Part shown: positions 52,891 through 64,000 of the stretch, one piece after another
How the letters are laid out: each line of letters opens with the position of its first letter
Position numbering within the stretch: the first letter of the stretch is position 1
Origin: Eledone cirrhosa
Lineage: Eukaryota
NCBI GenBank assembly: GCA_964016885.1
Contig: OZ024740.1
Span: forward strand, 200,260,001 to 200,324,000
DNA length: 64,000 nt
Direction of reading: 5' to 3'
The notes under the pieces: model-generated
The model's input: only the letters and a program-made list of their open reading frames with translations
The model's database searches: none
What the model was told of the DNA's origin: nothing
Made by a program: the position numbers and the translations under genes

Positions 52891-53599
52891 AAAAGAGTTA
52901 TATTTGAATGGAGTTAGATCTCATCCATCATACTGACAATTCCATGGAAATAATCATCACGAAAAATATTCATAAATCAATGGTCAATTTAGTCAATCTC
53001 ATAATATGTGCGTTATTGTCGTCTGTCACCTGCAGAAACGCACGTAACCAGAAGAGATGTGTCATACACACACAGATAATATATATATATATATATATAT
53101 ATATAGATGTGTGTGTGTGCATACAGAGAGAGAGTGTGAGAGAGAGAAAGGTAGATACATAGATAGATACCTAATTTGTATTCATAAATACCTGAATATA
53201 TATATATATATTTACCTTCCTCGGTAAGTACCCGTTCGTGGGCATGTAGGTGGCTCTTAAGGCTGGTCCCAGAGCCGGATGTTTTCTCACAGGTGCTATA
53301 CTTAGAACGAATATTGTGACCCTCATCATATCGATTACAGATTTTACCACTGGCATGATAAATAAGAATAGATGTCCTCTGCAGAAAAAGATCATCACAT
53401 TCAGCTTGTGTCTTACCAACGATATGTGACTTTTGGTGATTAATGACTCCAGCTCTAGAAATCAGTACTCATTTGACCATATTACATTTATATTTTGGAT
53501 TGAAATCTTCTGGAATCTTTCTCTACTCCCGTTCATGATGATCTTTTTGAGCTTTGCAAGTTTCATTCGTTGTGCCTCAAACTTCTCGTAACCATCTTT

Positions 53600-54960
53600 A
53601 ATCAAACTACGCCAACTTATTTTTTTTCTTTGCTAAGGATTCTCATTTCTAATATCCATAACAAGAACTTCAAAATATCCCTAACCACCTATTTTAATCA
53701 TTTCTTTGGTTTATAATTTAGTCTATTTTATGTAGAAGCTCTCAATATAACAATCTTTTGCGCAACCTGATGTCCATCGTGATAATGTGACAAGTCCAAC
53801 GCATCTGGCTGTAAACAATCAACTTTTCAATATTTTCACAACCAGTTCTCCTCAGTATTTCTGTATCTGGTGTCATAGATGTCCACTAAACTCCTAAAAT
53901 GCGTCTAAGACAGTTTTGATGAAACATTTCTACTCATTTTGTGTGCCGCTTATAGGCTGCCCATACTACAGATCCATACAGTAATACAGTTAACATGCAT
54001 CTCCTGTAAGTTATGTTAGTCACTAGATGGAGGCCCCGATCTGCCCATAACCCTCTCCTTAATTTTTCAAATGCTGATGGAGAATTTTGAATTATTTCAT
54101 TACTTTCTACATCAGCTGATCTATCCTTAATGATGATGCTTCCAAGATATGTGAACCTATTTACTAAATCGAGTCGTGTACCGTTAAATATTAAGTTTGG
54201 CTAAACATGAGCTTCGCCTGCAGAAGTAGACATTACTTAATTTTGTGAGGCTGGCGTCAGTCCAAAAACATGACAAGCCTTTGATAAATGATCCATTATG
54301 ACCTGCACGTCTTCTTCAATGTGTGCAACACGTTCAGCATTATCTGCACAAAAGAGCTCCAATGTAATATATATAGTTTTTGATTTACCGTAACAACGGG
54401 GCAAGTTAAAGGTTAACCAGATCTAAAATATCGCACACTGTAATCTTTAAATGTACAGTTCAGCAGGCTGCAAAATATATGTGGAATAGTGATGGTACTA
54501 GTATTTTTCCTCTGATCACTCCATGTTCAATTGTGATCGGCTCAGAGTTACCATTAAGATTAAGTCTTCCTTCCATGTCCTTGTTAGACCTATTAAACAA
54601 ATCCATGTAATTTGGGTGACAACCAAGTTTTCTGAGAATTGTCTACAAGGTATATCCATTCACAATATCAAAACTATTGGAATGATCTACAAAGATCTGA
54701 TAGAGTGGAAGTCTATGTTCAATGTTATGTTCTGCAATTAACGTGCAGTTAATATAATATCCAAAGTGCCGCAACCCGATCTGAACTCACACTGACTCTC
54801 TAGTAGAACCGAGAATGAGATCCAGGTCGACAATCTGTTAAGCAATAACTGTGCAAGAACATTAGCAGTGGTTTCAAGAAAACTGATATCACGATAGTCG
54901 TTGCATATTGCTGTAGATCCTTTGCCCTTTTACATGGATAATATGATTGAATCTAACCAA
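53600..54960 (-). mobile_element. Degraded RTE-clade LINE RT
   Basis: Minus strand: CNMQR/DYRDISF, ESQCEFRSGCGTLDII, ELFCADNA, FGLTP, FTYLGS, LLYGS. Confidence 0.8.
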
Positions 54961-55164
54961 TCCTGGAGTATATCGCCTGCCACCCAAATTCGTAATATCA
55001 AAGAGTAAACTTAATGATAACTGCTCTATTGACATTACTGGGTTAAAGCAGCTGTACCAACATTTGTATTTCAGCATATATTATTGGGATCATATAGACA
55101 GTCAGTAATAAGCATACAACGACGCTTTCTTGTGTAATAAGCATACATACACACACGCTCGCAT

Positions 55165-55256
<92 letters not shown>

Positions 55257-55780
55257 ATGATTGTGTGCGTCTGTATGTACGTGATACGTACATACTCATT
55301 TTAGTACGTGTAAAAATATGTGCGTATATATTAGGATAGCGAAATATTTTATTAATGTTGTACATTTCTATGTCTATTATTAGATGTTTTCTGTGTGTAT
55401 GCTGTGTATGAACAGCTTTCACCTCCTCTCACTTCCACTTACTTTCAGCGTATCTCTTAATATTTATTTCATCTCTCTCTCTCTCACTCTCTCTTTCTCT
55501 CTCTCTCTCTTTCTCTCTCCCTCTCTCACTCTCTCTCTCACTCTCTCTCTCCCCCTCTCTCTCTCTCTTTCTATCCGTCTCTCTCTCTTTCTATCTGTAT
55601 ATATATAAATATAAAGAATTAGTATATCTACCAACATATGTATACAGATGCATACCTATGTTAGCAAATATATATGTTTTGTCTTAGTAACTTTGTGGTT
55701 CTATGCAAGGGGATGCAGAACAATTATATGAAAGACGTAAATAAGAAAGTTATGAAAATTGACTTTCTTACTAAAATTTC

Positions 55781-55861
55781 ACTCCAACTAATTAGTTTCT
55801 GTAAGGGGATAAATATGGTTACGGGGCGTATCCATAGAGAAGCCTTACGTCATCAGGGAGT
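55781..55861 (-). ncRNA. Type I hammerhead ribozyme, intact core
   Basis: Reverse complement: ACTCC-CTGATGA-CGTAAGG..CCTTACA-GAAA-CTAATTAG-TT-GGAGT. Confidence 0.85.
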
Positions 55862-56125
55862 CTATTCTCAGCTAAGTTTCCAGGCAATGCGAGGACACTG
55901 GGAACTTATATAAAAATAATTCAATGGATGGAAAAAAGCGAGCGGGGACTAGATTCCAAGACATTGAAAAATTCACTGCCTATTTGGTCAAGTGGCAAAT
56001 TCAAAAGAATCAATCACGTGACACTGAGGTTAATCATTTTATATAAGTGCCCAGTGTCCTCGCATTGCCTGGAAACTTAGCTGAGAATAGATTCCCTGAT
56101 GACGTAAGGCTTCTCTATAGAATAG

Positions 56126-56206
56126 ATTCCCTGATGACGTAAGGCTTCTCTATGGATACGCTCCGTAGCCATATTTATCCCCTTACAGAAACTAATTAGT
56201 TGGAGT
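56126..56206 (+). ncRNA. Type I hammerhead ribozyme, intact core
   Basis: ATTCC-CTGATGA..GAAA-CTAATTAG-TT-GGAGT. Confidence 0.85.
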
Positions 56207-56647
56207 GAAATTTTAGTAAGTCAATTTTCATAACTTTCTTATTTACGTCTTTCATATAATTGTTCTGCATCCCCTTGCATAGAACCACAAAGTTACTAAG
56301 ACAAAACATATATATTTGCTAACATAGGTATGCATCTGTATACATATGTTGGTAGATATACCAATTCTTTATAATTATCTCCAAATTATTTGTTGAGCAA
56401 AACTTGCCGAAATTACTACTATGATTAATAGTAGTGGCTAGGCCCTGTCTTAATAGCACCCCCATTCCTCACTGATTAACCTCAGTGTCACGTGATTGAT
56501 TCTTTTGAATTTGCCACTTGACCAAGTAGGCAGTGAATTTTTCAATGTCTTGGAATCTAGTCTCCACTCGCTTTTTTCCATCCATTGAATTATTTTTATA
56601 TAAGTTCCCAGTGTCCTCGCATTGCCTGGAAACTTAGCTGAGATTAG

Positions 56648-56728
56648 ACTCCCTGATGACGTAAGGCTTCTCTATGGATACACTCCGTAACCATATTTAT
56701 CCCCTTACAGAAACTAATTAGTTGGAGT
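56648..56728 (+). ncRNA. Type I hammerhead ribozyme, intact core
   Basis: ACTCC-CTGATGA..GAAA-CTAATTAG-TT-GGAGT. Confidence 0.85.
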
Positions 56729-56995
56729 GAAATTTTAGTAAGTAAGTCAATGTTCATAACTTTCTTATTTACGTCTTTCATATATATAAATATATATATA
56801 TATAAATATATATGTGTGTGTGTGTGTGTGTGTGTTTGTGTGCGTGTGTGTGTGTGTGTAAATACCATATTTATCCTATACTCAGTTCGCTTTCTAACCA
56901 GATACTCTTATCTAGATCTCATCACAAACCTTTTACAACCTTTTTTTCCCTTACCTGTTCTTAATAATTGTGTTTATTAGAGTTATGACCCTTTA

Positions 56996-57110
56996 TGATC
57001 TGAGTTCAAATCCCGCCAAAGTTAACTTTGCCTTTCATCCTTACGGGGACGATAAAATAAAGTAGCAGTACTGGGTAATTGCTGGCCTTGTGCCAAAAGA
57101 AGAAACAATT
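56996..57110 (+). mobile_element. SINE family A, partial
   Basis: ctgagttcaaatcccgcc..gcctttcatccttacgggg..ggccttgtgccaaaag. Confidence 0.88.
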
Positions 57111-57295
57111 ATTTTATTTCAATTTTACTCCCCTTTTGTCCTCACTTACCCACTAGGTTTTTTAATATGCGCACATAGGGTTGTGTGCGGGCGCATATGC
57201 AGACAGGCCTATGTGTACATACATTTATAGTATTTTGAATGTTTAATTGTATGTCTGTGTGTATGTGTTCATGTGTGTGTGTATGTGTGCGTGTA

Positions 57296-57340
<45 letters not shown>

Positions 57341-57466
57341 ACATATATGTGTATGTATGTATGCTTGTATATATATATAAAATATATATATATGAATATA
57401 TGTATATATGTATATATATATATATATATACATATATATTATTAAAATAACAGATTAAAGTTTGAG

Positions 57467-57561
57467 CAAATATACACATATACACATATACACAAAAATA
57501 TAAAATAAACATAAATAAACACACACACATATATATACTGTATATACACAAACAACTACAC

Positions 57562-57619
<58 letters not shown>

Positions 57620-57712
57620 GTGTAGTTGTTTGTGTATATACAGTATATATCTGTGTGTGTTTATTTATGTTAATTTTATATTTTTGTGTGTATGTGTATA
57701 TGTATATATTTG
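57467..57712. repeat. Palindrome centred on (TA)n
   Basis: tactgtatatacacaaacaactacacacaaa(ta)ntttgtgtgtagttgtttgtgtatatacagta. Confidence 0.85.
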
Positions 57713-57714
57713 TA

Positions 57715-57766
<52 letters not shown>

Positions 57767-57767
57767 C

Positions 57768-57876
<109 letters not shown>

Positions 57877-58339
57877 CTACTGTACATCTGTATACATATA
57901 TGTATGTACGTGTACATACTTATATTTAAGTAACAGCCGTACTAAGTGTGGGAAATGAAATTTCGTTTCATTTTTTCCGTTTCTCTCTCTCTATATATAT
58001 ATATATTCTTTTTTCCCTCTTCTTCTTCGCCGGGTTTTTTCCTCAGACCCACTTTCATATTTCTTAAATTTGTTTTCAAATCCATATTTAATAAAAACAC
58101 CATGTTTTTTATTCATTCTGACCACTGAAAACAGATCTTGCATCAGCTTTTAAGAAACGACTGGTAAATGAAATAATTATCTCATGTTGTTTATTACAGA
58201 ACTATTCAGCTCTCACTTTTCCTGTACCTTTCCGACGGAATTACTTCATTTATACAGATCCAACCGGGATTGATCGAAGCATATTCTATATTACATATAT
58301 GATTGGCACCTTCCAGCCCGATGAGTTGAGCACTCTACA

Positions 58340-58943
58340 GTTTCAGGAAATTAACCAACATACACAATAGACATTTATGAATTGGATTATTCTATCAAAA
58401 ATATACCTAGACCTTCCAACACAACCTACACCAAATTGCTTATCGAAAAAATGGAACAAGTCATTAAAAGAATGAGATGGAAGGCAATGATTTACGATGG
58501 ATAATTCTGTGCTGATTCCAATGACTCTTTTGACATTAAATCCCGCAAATACCCACCTAGAGTTAAAGACATAGGTCAACTTCAAAATAGATCTAATTAA
58601 CTTAATTAGTGCAATTAAATGCCGTAAGTACACCAATAATTTTCAATCAAAACTCTCTAACGATATTTCCAATTTTAAACATTCTACAAAAACATTCGTT
58701 TTTTCTGATAAAACTAAAAATCTTTTTGAAGTAAATAATATTTTGTATAACCAACTTTTAACAGATAACATTACCACCAAATATCAAATAGCTAACATTA
58801 ACACCTACAATACCATTAATAATGAAGCTAAAGTCCTAGCTAGTATTTTAAAAATAGATAACCGAATTAAAAGCCTAGCTATACGTAAAGGATATATTAC
58901 CCTTAAAGACCATAAATGAGACTTTACTAATCGACCTAGCTGT

Positions 58944-58948
<5 letters not shown>
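58340..58948 (+). mobile_element. Penelope-like ORF, N-terminal part up to the RT start
   Basis: YSIKNIPRPS..LIEKMEQVIKRMRWKA..FSDKTKNLF..ITLKDHK*DFTNRPSCRL, cut by (TA)n. Confidence 0.85.
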
Positions 58949-58986
<38 letters not shown>

Positions 58987-59010
58987 AAATATTGTTATAT
59001 ATATATATAT

Positions 59011-59633
59011 TGTTATACTTGCGGAGGGTCATATTGTTATATTAATATTGCCAGAAATAATAATAGAACACACTGACTGTTTGGTTGGTTTTCACTTCTG
59101 GATCTTTTATATCTCAATAGAACCACTTGTTCCTGTTCACTGATTAAAGTGTTCCCACAAATATTTAGTGCATGGTCAATATGTAAAGAATAGGATATAC
59201 GAAAATTAACGAACTTTACAAACCTTAACCTGAAGGAAATTCAAAATCTCACCACACCAAACGAGGTAAATAAACTCATGATCATCATTCGACATGAAAC
59301 AAAACATGCTCAAAACGAATGCAATAAACATTTCAATAATAAATTAAGATGGATGAAGAAGAAAAAACAAGAAGAAAAGAAAAATGAAAACTTACAAAAA
59401 TACGCAGATAAAATCAACAATATCTGTATGACAGACGTAGCATTACCGGCAGAATTTACCAAAGACCATACACTAAATATTTATGGGAACACTTAATCAA
59501 TGAACGGGAACAACGGGTTCTATGGAGATATAAAAGATACAAAAGCGAAAACCAACCAAACAGTGAGTGCGTTCTGTTATTATTTCTGGCAATATTATTA
59601 CAACAATATGACCCTCCCCAAGTATAACAATAT
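59011..59633. mobile_element. Inverted repeat (family D, arms about 165 bp) around a PLE-like coding fragment
   Basis: 59011-59177 versus 59463-59633; interior reads HFNNKLRWMKKKKQ..KINNICMTDVALP. Confidence 0.7.
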
Positions 59634-59822
59634 TTGTTTCGACACACGATTCCACATAAAAAACCTCGCAAAACAAATTCATCGCCGTTATATATATTAA
59701 AATAACAGATGAAAGTTTAAGCTTAATATTTGCTCTACGGTTCTTATATATTTGACATATATTTATTCTTATCGAGCCCCCTTTGGATTTTAGTCTTTAA
59801 ATTTATTTTCACTATATAAATA

Positions 59823-59860
<38 letters not shown>

Positions 59861-60099
59861 AAAAAATAGAGGTGTAACACGCGAGCTGTGATATATTAGT
59901 AAAAGGAAAAGAAAATGCTGACAACTTTTTCCCAGTGAAAAATAGTTTAATTAGGAATAAGTATAAATTAGTAATAAGTATTGGATAGTATTCAGTTTTA
60001 GTTTTAAATTTTTACCGGTTGCGTATTTCTAATGCTTTTCAAAAACAATTTTGAGACAGAGCGCTCGTGATGTTTGCTCTAATCAGATTAGCATGGTTT

Positions 60100-63000
60100 T
60101 CCAAGATGAAGGCCAGCCACTTGTAGGGTTTGACCCTGAGCTTTGTTGATGGAAATCGCGAAGCTTAGTCTTATTGGAAATTGAAGTCGCTTGAACTCAA
60201 AGGGAAAGTTGGCTGGCAGCAATGGGATGCGAGGAATGAAATACATCTTGACCCCTACCAACTCCACTCATCCTGCTTGTTGGTCACCATGCAGGTGAAC
60301 CCTCATATTGGTCGACACTGAGCTTTGACATTTTGTTCCAGAGGTATGAATACTTAATTGATGCCTTCACGTCGTCAGCTCGAGTTCCGCGAGCGATAAC
60401 TGTAAGTTTTTGTCTGAAGTCACCAGCCATGACGAAGGTAACGTCTCCCATGAGTGAGTTATTCCCTCGAACGTATTGGAGTTTCGTGTCCAGCGCCTCA
60501 AAAGCAGCTGTGTGAGAAGAAAAACATGAAAAGGGAATTATAGGAGGATGCCAAAAGTGCCAAAAAACAAAGAAGTGGAAAAAAATAAAAATGGCGCCCA
60601 AATTAGAAATAAGTACCTTTGTGAGCCACAGTGCATTCATCCCAGACAATGAGGCGACACAGCTTGATGAGATCAGCCAGAGCATTTCCGCGTTGAATGT
60701 TGCAGATTGGAGTTTCAAGCTTCGCAAGGTTCAGCGGGAGTTTGAAACTGCAGGGTGAGGTGCCAATGGCGGTCATCGTGTAACATGCCACGTATCTGGC
60801 AAGCCAAACGGTAAGTAGAACATTGATGGCCATTGATGGTTCTCAGATCTTGGAAATATTGTGGTCCTCTAACCTCGAACAGGAGCATTCTTAGGAAAAA
60901 ACACTCGAACTGAGTCAGATGGACGCTGAAGACCCTTCCAACCACATCTGCTGACTTGAGTTGAGGGTGTCCTTCAACTGCTTTGCCAGCCTTTCTACGC
61001 TGCCACGTTCGGGTTGGTCTGTTCGATGTGTAGAAGCGGGGAAGTTGCCAATAGAAGAGTGTTTGTGAGAATTCGTCTTCTTAGAATAGCTTGAAAAAAG
61101 CCGTAAGTGTTGTATTCTTCGGTGGTTCTTGAACAATTTAAGCAGCCTGTTCTGGATGGAAGAAAACTCTCTGGCAATTTTTGAAATGCACTGCCAAGTG
61201 CACGGCTGTAGGATGACGCTCATGAAGTGGGAAACCGAGAATTCGACTCATTGCTGCTTATGTATCGACCTCTCTGGTATTGTTTCACATCATCTCTGCC
61301 ATTCTGTGCTTGAAGATTGAACACTACCATGTATGACCTCTTGTTGATATATTTACAGACACACTTGATAGACTTTATGGATTTGCATAATTCACCGTTG
61401 AGGTGTGCATCGAAGGCTTTGGAGAGGAGAGGACAGTACGCAACAATCCACCTGTTGTCAATAATGAATTGTTCTGGCTGACCACTGACTCTTATAATGG
61501 TTGTGGGTGTTTTGCCACCATCCTCTGGCTTTCTTCTCCTATATAGTGGGTAGCCATCATGCCCTGTTTGTGGGTCCCATAGAAATTCGCGTGGAAACTT
61601 CTTGGTGCGTTTCCATCTTCCATGCAAGGTGACCTAGGGTTGAATTCCCCACGTGGATCATGAACCCTTTGAGCTCTGATAATGTCGAACAGCCTCTGGT
61701 CTTCTGCAGGATCAGGGAGTTCAGCACTAATCAATGATTGAATCTGGGAAGGACGGATTTTCTCGATTAGCCAAATTAGAATGTGATCATGGGGAAGTAC
61801 ACATTTCTCCCACTCAATGGTGCACATATCACATCGTGTTGGTCCAAAGATTGTTTGGTTCATTAGGATTGACATGAGCTTCATAACTTTCAGACGGAAT
61901 ACTCCTGCAATAAGGTCATGACGGTGAGCGGACGTTTGGCCAGGAAGGAGTTCACCAGTTATTTCAGTCCACTTTGGGTTGCATATGAAGGTGATGAAAA
62001 GGTCGGGACAGCTATAGTGCCTCACGTATGTCATTGCATCTTGAGTCTTCTCATGCATATATCGAGGACTGCCTGTGAAGGTGGGAGGGAGGATGACCAA
62101 CTTACCAAGCTCGTGGCCATGTCTGGCATCGTTGTTCACATCATCAAGGTGAGCGTAGTTGTCAGCTCGGAGTTCCTTTTGATGGCTTGCAGTATAAGCA
62201 ACGCGTTCACTCTCTATCTTGGCATACATGTCAACGACAAACTGGTAAAATTGGTCACGTGCTCGGTGAAGATGATCGAAGTTGTTTGAACGAAGCATCA
62301 GGTGAAAGGCATAAACATCCATCGCAGAGACTTTCTTGTTGGTTGGCTCACCATTAGATCCAATTTGACGACGCAGCCAGTGGTATCCATGCTCCCCTGT
62401 TGTGTACAGAAGTGGGTACGGAAGGCCATCGTATGCTTGGTTGGTATCGGGAATCTTTTTTAGACCTTCATCACGATGTCGGATGACTATATCACGCTTT
62501 TCCCCGGTGTGACCAGCAAGGACAGCTGCAAACTCTGCAACAGCTGGAACACTGAAGCGTCTACTATGCTCACCAGTTGGAAACTTGTCAGGGTGTATAG
62601 CAATGTTGAAATTTTGGGCTGGAGGCTTTTCAATGGCGAATTAAAAGTTTCGAATCAGCCTGTTTGAGACGCTTAACATGTCCTGTAACTGGCGAATTAT
62701 TTCAAGTCTGGTTCCTGGGATGGCCCGATGGCGACGTATAGCTTGTGAATTTGCATCTCCAATGAAGTAGATTTGCAAAGACTTGTGGTCTTCGTCGGTC
62801 AGGTGTAGGAGACTTCCAATCGTGTGGTACACTTAGCCCTACACTTTACATGTGGGTATGTATCCGCCATGATTAACTTCCTTTTCGGCTCCGAAGCTCG
62901 TCATTTGAAAGCAGCTATTGTATCTCCTTATGTTTGCTAGGAAGTTACGGCTATCACCGCTCTGGCCTCAGAAAAGACTTTCGAGCGGTTCCAAAGGGCA

Positions 63001-63150
63001 AGTGAGTAGGGGCAAACTGATTTTGCCTCCACTGCAGCACATGCCTGGCTCCTCCCTATCCCACTTGAGAGCTTGACAATGTTGGCAAATAGTGTTCATG
63101 GACCCAAGTTGAAAAGCGATAGAATTGTCGACGGTGGAGTCATATCGAAA
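60100..63150 (-). pseudogene. Helitron RepHel (HUH Rep plus PIF1-like helicase), disrupted with internal deletions
   Basis: CQHCQALKW..MCC, FTGSPRYM, PDLFITFICNPKW, IEWEKCVLPHDHILIW, GYPLYRRR, KYINK, IVWDEC, GDFRQ, QFPIRLSFAISINKAQGQT. Confidence 0.95.
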
Positions 63151-64000
63151 GGCTGAACCGGAGTTTTTAGGGCATCTCTGACTTGTTGACCGGCGGGGTA
63201 GGCTTCTCTGATAGGTCCAACGGTCGACTGAAGGTCTTTCTCTCTCACCTGTATAATAATTTTTTTTTTATGTTTGCTCATTACAGGTCCTTGCAAAATT
63301 CAGTCCTACCGCTGGTCGTAAAATATTCGACCATCTCCAAATGTCCTATTCCAGTGTATGCTTTTTAATGAAGCGGATCTTTTTACCTATATCAGTGTTC
63401 CCATCGATTGTGTACTACTTTCTTAATAAGCAGCAAAATTATACCTCTGGAGTTCGACAGTTTTACCGAATATCTGTAGAAAAAAATCAAAATATCGTGA
63501 CAAATGAAACTGTTGTATGGCTGATTCATATACTTTGGTTGAAACACGGCAAATCTATTTACTTTTAAAGGCGTTACCTTTGGAAAAGTCCAATTTGGAA
63601 ATAAAATATTTCGTTGTGCCGAGAGATTGGGACTCAAGATACACTGTTAAATGATCATGGCTCGGTTCGACAAAAATCTAACGTGGAAGCGCATGTAGAA
63701 GCTATCTATTGACAGATGAACTGAACTGTTGATAGCGCTGTTTGGTGCGACAAATATATATATATATATACTTACCAGAACAATTAACGTACATGTTAAC
63801 ATTGTTGATCTGATATAAAATCTTTGACAACATTTTGATTACTGTAGGCAAACAAATATTGATGACTGCCCTGTAATGAATTTGCTCAGAATTGTTGTAC
63901 TTATGCCCTCTTAAAATCAGACTCAGTTTTGCAAGGACCTGTTAAACCACTGGGTGTGAAGGAGTGAAGGACCCCTAGCCTTTGTCAGGGCATTCTTTTA

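Larger units (their letters stand above)
55613..56780. mobile_element. Hammerhead repeat family: inverted copy plus tandem copies (period 522 bp)
   Basis: 55613-56035 is the reverse complement of the unit; direct copies have cores at 56131 and 56653; 35-bp duplication of the core 5' half at 56096. Confidence 0.88.

Noticed and set aside
60100-63150. Host PIF1 helicase or functional RepHel
   Set aside because: Rep motifs identify a Helitron, and the frames are broken with helicase motifs deleted.

Overview
AT-rich, microsatellite-laden eukaryotic DNA with no intact host gene that I can support. The SINE families and (TA)n/(CA)n density suggest a cephalopod, probably Octopus (inference). The window is mostly transposon relics: one degraded Gypsy LTR element (30.2-35.9 kb), a Helitron RepHel pseudogene (60-63 kb) plus two non-autonomous Helitrons, RTE, R4/Dong-like and Tx1-like LINE fragments, tRNA-derived SINEs and many Penelope-like (PLE) pieces. 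Most notable: (1) an ORF-less ~525-bp tandem/inverted repeat carrying five type I hammerhead ribozyme motifs (retrozyme/pLTR-like); (2) a second PLE family whose hammerhead fold recurrently has a non-canonical CAGAAGA core; (3) an unusual density of long palindromes, several with breakpoints at those hammerheads; (4) tentative decayed Ly6/uPAR (three-finger)-like exons and a Death-domain-like remnant in the unique DNA between repeats. All calls were made by eye and coordinates are approximate.
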